Shown here piece by piece: positions 27,931 to 39,530 of a stretch of DNA of 64,000 bases. The notes under the pieces are model-generated. The model was not told where the DNA came from and searched no databases. It saw only the letters and a list, made by a program, of their open reading frames with translations. The position numbers were made by a program, and so were the translations under genes. The stretch spans positions 81,654,001 to 81,718,000 of the forward strand of contig OX597818.1 in assembly GCA_951406725.2 (NCBI GenBank), read 5' to 3'. This DNA comes from Octopus vulgaris (Eukaryota). Numbering within the stretch: the stretch's first letter is position 1; every line of letters starts with the position of its first letter.

Positions 27931-28878
27931 TAAACTTAGATAAACTTAGATATGTTTCGACCAAAGATTGGTCCAGGCCATGTCTAACTTAATAGCACCA
28001 CCTGATAGGATTATTCGAATCCTGTTTAAGTCAAGTTTTGTTCAAGTCAAGTTTTGTTCAAGTAGTGAGTTCTTGTTGGGTGAGTTGTATCAAGTTTTGT
28101 TCAAGTAGTGAGTTCTTGTTAGGTGAGTTGTATCCAATTATGGGTGGCTAATCTGGTATTCTTTGAAGGAATCTATCCAGACTCCGTTTAAATTTGATGG
28201 GATCCTGTTCCTCTTTGATCTCCCTCGGGACAACGTTAAATAGGGCAGGGCCTGTTGAGGAAAAGAAATTATGTTGCAGTGTACATGTATGTTGTGATCT
28301 TGAATTTGGCAGGGGACGTATGGCCCGTGGTCCTAGTCTTGGATGAACCTTGAAGCTAATGTTAAGGTCGTTTGGGCAAAGTTGGCGGTATATTCTCCAC
28401 ATCGTACAAATGATGTAACGCTCACGGCGACGCTGGAGGGAGTAAAGTTTCAGGGCTTTAAGGCGATCCCAATAATCGAGAGCCATGCCTTCAATTCGTT
28501 TAGTGAGTGCCCTCTGGGGTGACTCAATTCTGGAGATGTTTTGTCTTGTATGGGGAGACCACAGTGGACAGCAGTATTCAAGGTGTGGCCGTACAAAGGA
28601 GGAAAAAAGTGGTATGATGACACCTTGTTCTCTGGACCGGAAAGTTCTTAAGATCCAGGAACTCATCCTACGGGCTATATTGACCTTCTTGTTGATGTGT
28701 GCACTCCAACTGAGATCGTCATCAACAATTACACCCAGGTCTCTGATATTGTTAGAGGCTGTGAGCGGTTTCCCTTAAGGAAGAGAGTATGGTTGATTTA
28801 GTGAAGAATTTCTTCCAAAATGCATCAGCTCAAATTTTCCCTCATTCAGTTGCATTTTGTTTCTGTCTGCCCATTGAC
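27931..28878 (-). mobile_element. CR1-type LINE 3' part
   Basis: RDLGVIVD, FVRPHLEYCCPLWSPH...IESPQRALTKRI..M..YWDRLKALKLYSLQRRRERY...GPALFN...FKRSLDRFLQRIPD; tail (TCTAAGTTTA)2. Confidence 0.92.
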
Positions 28879-29119
28879 TATATATATATATACACGTAAA
28901 TTTAAATTTAAAATAATAAGGGTGAAAAATCCAATATGAATTTGATTAATATGAATTGAAAACCAGTGGTGCAGCATATAAGACGATAGCAGAGCTTCTT
29001 CTAGCAAAATTGATGTCCACTGTTAACGGTACATCTCTGTTATATAATAGTTTCACTTTAATAGTTTCAGTATTAAAATGAAAGTATCTGACATTTAGTT
29101 TCACTTTTAACACGTAATA

Positions 29120-29320
29120 CTGAAACAGAGGAGAAGTTATGATATTGCTGTGGGCTCTCCCTAGGCAAGAAGTTAAAAACCTTTTTTTGCCCATGACACT
29201 ACATGGTCCCTAAGTAAGGTATGTGTAAAATTGGAATGAAATTGGTTGTGTAGTTCTCAAGTTTTAGGGATTCACACAGACAGACAGTCAGACACACATT
29301 CCCAGTTTTATATATATAGA
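29120..29320 (-). mobile_element. Helitron 5' portion (possibly the partner of 26842)
   Basis: Ends ...CAGACACACATTCCCAGTTTTATATATATAGA, i.e. 5'-TCTATATATATAAAACT on the minus strand. Confidence 0.6.
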
Positions 29321-29419
29321 TATATATATACATATATATATGCATATATATATATACATATATATATATCAATTTCTCTCTCTCTCTCTCTCTCTCTATC
29401 TATATATATATATATACAG

Positions 29420-29496
<77 letters not shown>

Positions 29497-29747
29497 CATT
29501 TATTATATATATATATGTAGAGATACTTTGAAGCAATGTACAGATATTGTATATTGAGTATAACAAGGAAGTTAGAATTTTGGATAATTATATATATATA
29601 TTTATTTACATTTTTAGCACTATATTTCGTTATCGGATTTATCACTCATTTATACTCATTTTTGATAAACCCGATAACGGAAGAAAGCGCTAAAAATGTT
29701 AAAAAAATATATATAATCATCCAACATTCTGACAACCCTGTTATTCT

Positions 29748-29812
<65 letters not shown>

Positions 29813-29814
<2 letters not shown>

Positions 29815-30100
29815 GAGCCGCAATGGCCCAGTGGTTAGGGCAGCGGACTCGCGGTTTCGATTCCCAGACCGGGCGTTGTGAGTGTTTATTGAGCGAAAAC
29901 ACCTAAAGCTCCACGAGGCTCCGGCAGGGGGTGGTGGCGATCCCTGCTGTACTCTTTCGCCACAACTTTCTCTCACTCCTTCTTCTGTTGGCCTGCTCGC
30001 TTAGCCAGCGGTGTGGCGTCATTTGGAGGCTAAAACAATGCGAAGCCCATTGTCACCAGCGATGTGTAGCAACATCTGATTGCCTGGTCGGTCACGGTGA
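29813..30100 (+). mobile_element. tRNA-derived SINE family D
   Basis: A box TGGCCCAGTGG, B box GGTTTCGATTCC, GC-rich body between microsatellites. Confidence 0.8.
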
Positions 30101-30122
30101 TATATATATATATATGTATGTA

Positions 30123-30162
<40 letters not shown>

Positions 30163-30492
30163 CGCGTGTATTTATTTTATATAACATGCGTGGTATAGTA
30201 GGTAGGGTGTTGCAAACATGATCGTAACATTGTGGTTTCCATTCCAGGACCTACTGATACGTTGTGTTCTTGGGCAGCTTGCTTCAGCCATCTCAGCATG
30301 AAAAAATAAGTTTATTTTACAACGTACCCTCATCACGTCCCGTTGGGTGGAGGCTGTTGGCTTGAAATCTACACCACAGAATACATGACACTGGATCTGT
30401 ATAATTATGGCTCAAGAAGGATATTTTGTATTCTACATGTATCGTAGATATATTCAAAAGGAAACGAATCAGAAATATACATATAAGAATGC

Positions 30493-30709
<217 letters not shown>

Positions 30710-30729
30710 ATACATATATGTCTGCATTA

Positions 30730-31130
30730 TGTCCCGAATTTTGGCATTGAAAGTTACCCCAACAGCAGAACGGGGCGTCACTGCATGGTGCCAAAGATCC
30801 CAACATCACTATCAAAATACAGGACCAGATACTGCAACAGCTTGGGTTTCAGGGGACCACAGCTCTTCAATATCCGTCCTAAATGCCTGAGAGAAGTGCA
30901 TGGTGTGTATGTTGGTTTCTTTAAAACTAAACTGGATCTCTTCTTGAGAGGGGTTCCAGATGAACCTACTTCTCGGCAGGAAACACAGATGCGGGCAGCA
31001 GCGTCGAACTCCCTTGTTGACCAAGTGCCACGTATCAGAGGTGGTTTCATATACTAGTATAGCTCATTCAACGGTGATGCTCCAGATGCCCCAGCATGGC
31101 CGCAGCTTTCGAGCTGAAACATTTTTAAGG
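30730..31130 (+). mobile_element. CR1-type LINE 3' end
   Basis: VPNFGI...RTGRHC.VP...GPQLFN..PK.LRE...[16 protein letters not shown]...SNSL. Confidence 0.85.
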
Positions 31131-31131
31131 A

Positions 31132-31267
<136 letters not shown>

Positions 31268-31984
31268 CATTTATGTGTGTATGCTATTTACAATGATGCC
31301 TTCCTTCTCTGCTATACTTTGAAACAAACGAAAAAGGAAACAGAAGTCACCATTAGAGAATATTCATTTATTATAACGACATTTCACTGTATTATGTCAT
31401 AATGTAGAATATTTATTATTTATGTTGAGTCTTTCAGTTCCAGCTGCCGTGTATGGCTCTTTCGCAAATACCTGTTGAACTAGAGTAGGAGAACTTAGAC
31501 AGTTTGCAATTTCTGTGGTAATGTTTAATGCACCGATCGCATGTAGGATTGGCATGATTTTCATATTCTCATATTCAGTGTATATATACACAGAAACATA
31601 TATATATATATATATATATACATCCATATATATGTATATATATCTCTCCCTCTACATATATATATGTGTGAATAAATATATATATATATAAATATACACA
31701 TACATGTATATATATTTATATAAGTATAGATATGTAGGCTCACAACACACTCATACACTCACACACATGTTATATATGTGCATGCATATCTTTGTATATA
31801 TCTTCGTATATATATGTGTGTGGATGGATGTATAAGTCTTTGCGTGTTGGAGCATGAGTGTATATACAAGTATATCTGTATAGGTACTTATATATGAGTG
31901 TATATATAGATATAATCATACATTATGTTTATATTTATATACATACATATACGTTAATATATCTATGGATGCATAGATATAAAC

Positions 31985-32019
<35 letters not shown>

Positions 32020-32033
32020 CATAGATACATACT

Positions 32034-32082
<49 letters not shown>

Positions 32083-32453
32083 TTATACATGTGCGTATGT
32101 ATCTGCGTATATATATATATATATATATTGATATATATGTATATATATACAAACATACATCTATATGCATTTCTGTACATATATGTATGTGTGTGTGGGG
32201 GGGGTGTGGGGGTGTATATACATCCATTCATTTACATAATGATCTGTTTTGGATTTACTATAAAATTATGAAGATTCAACAACTCTTCGAACATAGCCCT
32301 TAGCTAGATTTCCAGGAAATTAAAGGGAAAGAAAAGAAATAAAGATGCAGTGTCTATAGCTAAGTAATATAGCTGTGCACACAATGTAAGTAATCTATGT
32401 TCTGAGTGCTTATGGAATTGAATCTCGCTAATACTAAACGAAATACGCATTCA

Positions 32454-32506
<53 letters not shown>

Positions 32507-32552
32507 GCATACATATATATATGCATATATATATATATATATATGCATACAT

Positions 32553-32612
<60 letters not shown>

Positions 32613-32771
32613 GGCGTTGCAACGCCCCCGACTCAGGAATACATATTTGTGCGCGCATATATGTATGGGTGCATGCAAATTCATGTGTGCGCACATATAT
32701 ACGCAATGTCGTTCATGAATATATTTGCATGTATGTCCATAAGAGTGTTTGTGTGTGTATATATATACATA

Positions 32772-32819
<48 letters not shown>

Positions 32820-32944
32820 TATATATAAAAATATATATATATATACACATACACAATATGTATATATACATGCATATTTCTATATGTGGGCATGATACAC
32901 ATAACCTACGTATCAATATATATTCTCTCTCTCTCTCTCTCTCT

Positions 32945-33062
32945 CTTACTGTTTTACTTGTTTCAGTCAATTGACTGCGGCCATGCTAGAGCACCGCCTT
33001 TGGTCGAAGAAATCGATCCCATGATTTATTTTTTGTAAGCCTAGTACTTATTCTATCGGATA
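32945..33062 (-). mobile_element. SINE family B 3' end
   Basis: TTACTTGTTTCAGTCA.TTGACTGCGGCCATGCTAGAGCACCGCCTT. Confidence 0.8.
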
Positions 33063-33093
33063 TGTTCAACGTATCTGTATGTATGCATGTATG

Positions 33094-33130
<37 letters not shown>

Positions 33131-33132
<2 letters not shown>

Positions 33133-33272
33133 TGAAGTATATTTGCCTCCTAAATGTGGCTGACTCATATGGGACGATGCTACTGTAGTTTATAGTCCCA
33201 GAAAGACATATTCTCCAGGTGGCTAACGACGCGTATCACGTCAGGCCAGAGACGGGAACGATGACTTCTCTT
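33131..33272. mobile_element. Fragment of the repeat family at 51596-51927, abutting (TA)n
   Basis: CGTGAAGTATATTTGCC..CTAAATGTGGCT...GATGCTACTGTAGTTT...GTATCAC.TCAGGC...GGGAAC.ATGACTTC matches the 51.6-51.9 kb element. Confidence 0.75.
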
Positions 33273-35796
33273 CTCAAATACTGATCGGGCACTGTTCGTT
33301 CTGCAGTGGAGGTTTTATTTCTTGTCAGCCATGCATACCTCTGTTCATCACTTTGAGAAGCTCTTGGTTTTGTAGTGCACAGTCTGTTCGTTTTTTGGCG
33401 TGTTTACCTTTCTGCAGCTGTCTCTCTTTCTCTGGACAAAGACATTCTTTTGGTTGACCTTGACATTGTAGACAAATTTGACACTTTCTTTCTAGGCATG
33501 GTTATATATTTATACAGAAATACACGGGTCCAGATGATAATAAACAATGAAAATAACTTGATAATGGAAATTATACTTCTTAATACGACGGGCAGAAAGT
33601 AAATAAGTAATTTTTACGAAAAATTGAGAATTGTACGGTTTGAAGCGAAATCTGCCACTCATTGAACGAAATAGTCAGTATCGCAGGAACCAGAAAAAAG
33701 CCGTCAACAACAGAAAAATAGGATCTAGTTAAAATAATTCACAAAATCACCCCCCTTTAATTTTGATCAGATTGCTTTCAATTTGGTGTATTGATGCAAC
33801 TCTGAATTTTGATTCCGATCAACCAATTCCTTTATCTCGTAAAATAAAGAATTGGTGTTATTTGGAATTAAAGTTGGGAAAATTTGTGTAATTTTAGCCA
33901 ATCAACAGACAGCGAGGCATTAACAGCTTGTTACCAGGACAACCGCACATTGTGTTGTGTTTCACCCCCATACTGTGTTGATTCTTCACACCACGAGATT
34001 TGCTTCAGCTGTGTGTTTTGTCTTAATAAAAATTTATATTTATCAATTAGAATTTTATTGTAGATGTTTTTCATCAGCTGCCTTAACATATTACATATGT
34101 TTCATATATTCTCCATATATATTTTACATATAATTCTTGAAGTTTATCTGTGTTTACATTCGTCGCAACAAATGCTTTTCAGTTTAAACACAGGTCCGTC
34201 ATTTCTAAAATGTTAGAACACAGTATGAGAGAGATTTTGCTGTTATTTATAGTAAATTGAACAACCGCACAGATATTACATCATTGCCTCATTTGCTGAT
34301 GTGTATAAGTAAGCAAAAACTAAAGGAAATGGATTTTCATCTGTTGCTAGGATGATCATTCCAGTTGTATGATCAACTGAACTGGTTACACATTCAACTG
34401 GTACTTGTTTTATCAACCCTTAAAGGATGAAAGGTAAAGACATTCTAGATGGAATTTGAACTCAGAATGTAAAGCATTTTCCTAGGAGAGGATGAGGTGG
34501 TGGTGGACATTAGAGGGATGATAAGAAGAGAAGAGGCAAGTGGGATAAGAACGTCTGAGAGGAGGTGAGGTGAGCTCAACTAGCTGCAAGGAGCAGAAGC
34601 CATATAGTACATTAGAAATGGCATAGAGAAGGGACACAGAATATCTGGGCATCAGAGGATGGAGCACGTCTGTGAGTGACTTAGTAGTTTATCTGTCAGG
34701 TGGCTAAAGGAGTGGGAGTAAAATTGGTGAAATAGAAACTGTGTGGAACCCTGCCAAATGAAGTACAGCTAATTTAAAGAGCCAACCTAGCTTCATACCA
34801 AATATGTAACCAATAAGAGAGACTGAAAGAACCTGTGACCAACAGCGATCCACAGCTCCCTGTCAATAGAATTATTCATCTGATATTTAGTAGGTTGCAA
34901 AAGTAAATAAGAAATTTTTAAGGAAATGGACTAAGTGTACAGATTTAAGTAAAATTTTTGAAGTTTCTTCTATGAGTAAATTATGAACTTACTTTAATCA
35001 GTAATTCCGTCAACAAAAAAGAAAAAAGAAACACAAAAACGTTGCTAAAGTAAAGAAATTTGCAGGCAAATTTAACGGACTCTACAGATTCAAGTGACAT
35101 TTATGAAGTTACTTCGGTCAGTAAATTATAAAATTTCATTCATCAGTAATTGTGAACCTCTTTTTGTCAGTAATTTGTCGTTGTTTGTAAATAACGATTG
35201 AACTTAAAATGTAAGCAATAGCGTCTGAAAAATGGAAGTCATAACAATAGAGAGTGAGTAAGATATATAGGGAGCGGGAGAGAGAGATATATATTGTTAG
35301 ACAGACAAATAAGATATATATAGATAGATATAGATAGATAAGATATAGACACAGAGATTGAAAGATATAGATAGATATATTTGTGAGTGCGATATGTCCT
35401 GTGTTTATAAGCCAGCAGTAACTTGCTGTTTACTGTACTAAAACCGATAGTAATATCGGAGGTCTTGTGGGACACTTAAGTTGTTTCTCTAACGTTCGAT
35501 TTAGTAACAGAAATCCTTTGAAGAGACACATAAAAAACGTAGTTCCTAAAAATTTTAAAGTTCCTTTATTTGCGTGTAGCTGTTAGGTCACTGACACTAG
35601 AAAACCGGAAGTAAGTATTTTATTAAAAAAAACTTTCAGAGACATGAATGTAATATAGAAAGCAATATCTTTTATTTCTAATAAAAACATCAAATGAGGA
35701 GCCTAACCTATGTCCGAGGTCAAATCATTCATGCATCACAAATATGAAAGCAATTGGTGAAGCCGTTTCGCGTGAAAAGCGAATACACACGTCTCT

Positions 35797-35866
<70 letters not shown>

Positions 35867-35880
35867 TATACACATACATA

Positions 35881-35938
<58 letters not shown>

Positions 35939-36136
35939 TATGTATGTGTGTGTATATATTTATGTATGTATGCATGTCATGAAATATGATTTCATACATC
36001 TATTTGATAGCTTATTTATGAATATTTTATGTTATTCTATGGATGTTGAAGTCGAATGTTCATTGGTATATTAATTGTTAAATAACTATAAATATTAACC
36101 TAAGTGTGCATGTGTGTTTGTGTGTGTGTATTAACT

Positions 36137-36171
<35 letters not shown>

Positions 36172-36172
36172 G

Positions 36173-36204
<32 letters not shown>

Positions 36205-37800
36205 GGATATGAATATAGACACTTACTATATTAGTGTATATCTTAAGATATGCATATCTTCATATATATGTGTTGACACAGCACTTGCAACAAAACACTT
36301 GTCACTAAAGGATATTACAGGCAAAGACAATTTGGACCTCAGACGTCTTTGCATTCAATAAAACAGTGTCCCACAGTGTGTTTGCAATACCAGTACTCAT
36401 ATCAACATTTGGGCTGCTTGATTGGACGCTTGATGAGAAAACCCGAAAAATATTAACAACCACACATAATTTCCACATAAACAGTGACATAGACCTCCAC
36501 TAGCTACAGCAAAAACAAGGCGGCGGAGGCTTAACATCGATCCAAAATGCCTTTAAATATCGTATCGTATCCCTACGGCAACATCTGTTAACCACAAGGT
36601 ATTGAAATGCATCCCTTGACTTGGAAGGCAACTCCTTGAGCAACATTCCTTGTCTGATAGGAAAGGATGAGACTATGTGAACAGAAGACTATGCAAGGAT
36701 ACATTAGTAGAAAGATCCGAGATGATAATAACACTGATCATCAAAGCAGTCTATAGTGGAGCAAGAGCTGTATGACTTCCACTATGCGACTATGTGCTTG
36801 AGGATACATACACAAAACAAAACATACAAATCTGCACATATACATACATATATATTTACAAACATAAATACTGTATTGCTGATGTTGAAATTTCAGTGAA
36901 GAAGCCTTGGATCTAAGTTAGAAACCAGCTCTTTCTCTATTGGTAGGAAATCTGCAACTAAAACTGAGCAATGGCATACATACGTGCATACATACATAAT
37001 ACATACATACATACATACATTCGTATGTACATGCATACATGAATATATAATATTTTATATATATATGTATATATATTGAAATATAGATGAATAGATATAC
37101 TTACACATTCACTACGCATACATGCAATATACAAACGTATATACATGTACCCCCAAACTTATATATATATATAGATGTATATATGTGAATAAGTATGTAT
37201 ATATGTATATGAATGTAGGTATGTATATATGTCTAGAGAGAGAGAGAGAGAAAGAGAGAGAAATAGGGAGTGAGAGAGAGGTAGATTTTGAGAGAGAGAT
37301 GGAGAGCGAGTAAAACATATATGTATGTATATATATTTTTAATGAATGCGCGAGTGTACGAAGATACAGGTCAGACAAAATTAGTTATAACGTTTCATTT
37401 ATAGAAGTCATGTTTACTTAACACATTTTGAAAATAGAAATTGAAAACTGTCTGAAAGACCATGTCTATTATCCAAAGCTTATTCAATATTTCCTTACCT
37501 CGATGAAAATCTAAGTTTCTGAACATGAGTGTGGAAAGAAAAGAGAACGCAATATGAAACCGGAAACGGAAACTCCGCCATTTTGTTTGTTAGCTTATTG
37601 GTTTGTATTTGTTGGTTGATGTGTGATATTTACATGATCACAATCACAAAGGATACAACTTCCACGATCATTCACTGTATTCATCAGGTTTTGTATTTGT
37701 TGCTATTATAAATATACGAATCCCCTGCATAGACACGTACATATATACATGATACATACATGCACAGACAGAAACAGAGACACACCCATACACACACACC

Positions 37801-37831
<31 letters not shown>

Positions 37832-38089
37832 GTTGGCAGGTAGATAGATAGGTATATATTAATATATACATGTATAAGTGTGTGTGTGTTGTCTGCTTGG
37901 CCTAGTGTTTAGAGAATGGCACTCACTATCGGATGGTCATGGTTTCGATCGAGCAAAACACTTCCTTTCACGTTACTCCATTCCCCTCAGCTGTAAATGT
38001 GTAAACCTTGTGACGATGTGGTATTCCGATGAGGTGAGGATTTTGGCCTTCCCGCCTACACAACGGGATAGCACGTTATATATATTGAT

Positions 38090-38313
38090 AGTTATCGCCA
38101 AGCTAACGTGCCAATCCAGGAAAATTAGGGCGAATGATGCCGTTGATTAGCTCCAAGAGGACATCGCCTCTAGCTAGCTATGGGACACGCGAACCCGTGT
38201 CCATTATAACCTCCGAACAGGGGAGATCAGTCACTTCCACTTGTTGGTCTGGCACCCACAGACTAGTTTCGGGGTATTTGCCCCTTATCAATATAGAGCA
38301 GCCGAACCCAGCA

Positions 38314-38318
<5 letters not shown>
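38090..38318 (-). mobile_element. Diverged relative of the 361-bp hammerhead unit
   Basis: Collinear motifs TTAGC.CCA.G...ACATCG...GACAC..GTGTCC..TAACCT...GGGAG, then a hammerhead at the equivalent place. Confidence 0.6.
38251..38300 (-). ncRNA. Minimal type I hammerhead, U3-A8 core variant
   Basis: Minus strand: TCTATA-TTGATAA-GGGG-CAAATA-CCCC-GAAA-CTAG-TC-TGTGGG. Confidence 0.68.
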
Positions 38319-38354
<36 letters not shown>

Positions 38355-38556
38355 CAATAATAATTCTCTAAAAGAGATATAGACAGTAACTGCTCGATAA
38401 CATAAGGGACTAAAGCCATCTGAATATGGCTAGGGACAGGGCAGGGTGGTGGGGGTGTTACTGTTGCATTTAGCCCCAGGCGAACATCGACGTCACCAGA
38501 TAGGCCCGACACCGTCACGGTGTCCTTTAACCTGCAAAGGGAGGTAATTCCCCGAT

Positions 38557-38630
38557 GAAGCGGAAACCACACACGGACCATGGTTTCAAGGTGTATTGCC
38601 TATCGTCGGCGTGTGGTAGGCTTCCGCTTC
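38557..38630 (-). ncRNA. Type I hammerhead ribozyme, copy 1
   Basis: Reverse complement of 39096-39169. Confidence 0.8.
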
Positions 38631-38917
38631 CTCGACGAACACTCACTCTGCAGGATATTCATATATAGATTTTCAAGCAAAATACATTTGCTGATTTCGA
38701 AAATCTGTTCGAAAGCAATAATAATTCTCTAAAAGAGATATAGACAGTAACTGCTCGATAACATAAGGGACTAAAGCCATCTGAATATGGCTAGGGACAG
38801 GGCAGGGTGGTGGGGGTGTTACTGTTGCATTTAGCCCCAGGCGAACATCGACGTCACCAGATAGGCCCGACACCGTCACGGTGTCCTTTAACCTGCAAAG
38901 GGAGGTAATTCCCCGAT

Positions 38918-38991
38918 GAAGCGGAAACCACACACGGACCATGGTTTCAAGGTGTATTGCCTATCGTCGGCGTGTGGTAGGCTTCCGCTTC
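38918..38991 (-). ncRNA. Type I hammerhead ribozyme, copy 2
   Basis: Copy 1 plus 361 bp. Confidence 0.8.
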
Positions 38992-39095
38992 CTCGACGAA
39001 CACTCACTCTGCAGGATATTCATATATAGATTTTCAAGCAAAATACATTTGCTGATTTCGAAAATCTGTTCGAAAGCAATTGAGTGTTCGTCGAG

Positions 39096-39169
39096 GAAGC
39101 GGAAGCCTACCACACGCCGACGATAGGCAATACACCTTGAAACCATGGTCCGTGTGTGGTTTCCGCTTC
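39096..39169 (+). ncRNA. Type I hammerhead ribozyme, copy 3 (predicted cleavage after C39150)
   Basis: GAAGCGGAA..AC-CACACG-CCGACGA-TAGG-CAATACA-CCTT-GAAA-CCATGG-TC-CGTGTG-TGGT-TTCCGCTTC. Confidence 0.8.
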
Positions 39170-39456
39170 ATCGGGGAATTACTTCCCTTTGCAGGTTAAA
39201 GGACACCGTGACGGTGTCGGGCCTATCTGGTGACGTCGATGTTCGCCTGGGGCTAAATGCAACAGTAACACCCCCACCACCCTGCCCTGTCCCTAGCCAT
39301 ATTCAGATGGCTTTAGTCCCTTATGTTATCGAGCAGTTACTGTCTATATCTCTTTTAGAGAATTATTATTGCTTTCGAACAGATTTTCGAAATCAGCAAA
39401 TGTATTTTGCTTGAAAATCTATATATGAATATCCTGCAGAGTGAGTGTTCGTCGAG

Positions 39457-39530
39457 GAAGCGGAAGCCTACCACACGCCGACGATAGGCAATACACCTTG
39501 AAACCATGGTCCGTGTGTGGTTTCCGCTTC
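39457..39530 (+). ncRNA. Type I hammerhead ribozyme, copy 4 (predicted cleavage after C39511)
   Basis: Copy 3 plus 361 bp. Confidence 0.8.

Noticed and set aside
28030-28135. Short tandem duplications (~42 bp and 16 bp)
   Set aside because: Local slippage inside the CR1 3' UTR; not an array with spacers.
29813-29875. tRNA gene
   Set aside because: Has A/B boxes but no complete cloverleaf, and continues into a SINE body.
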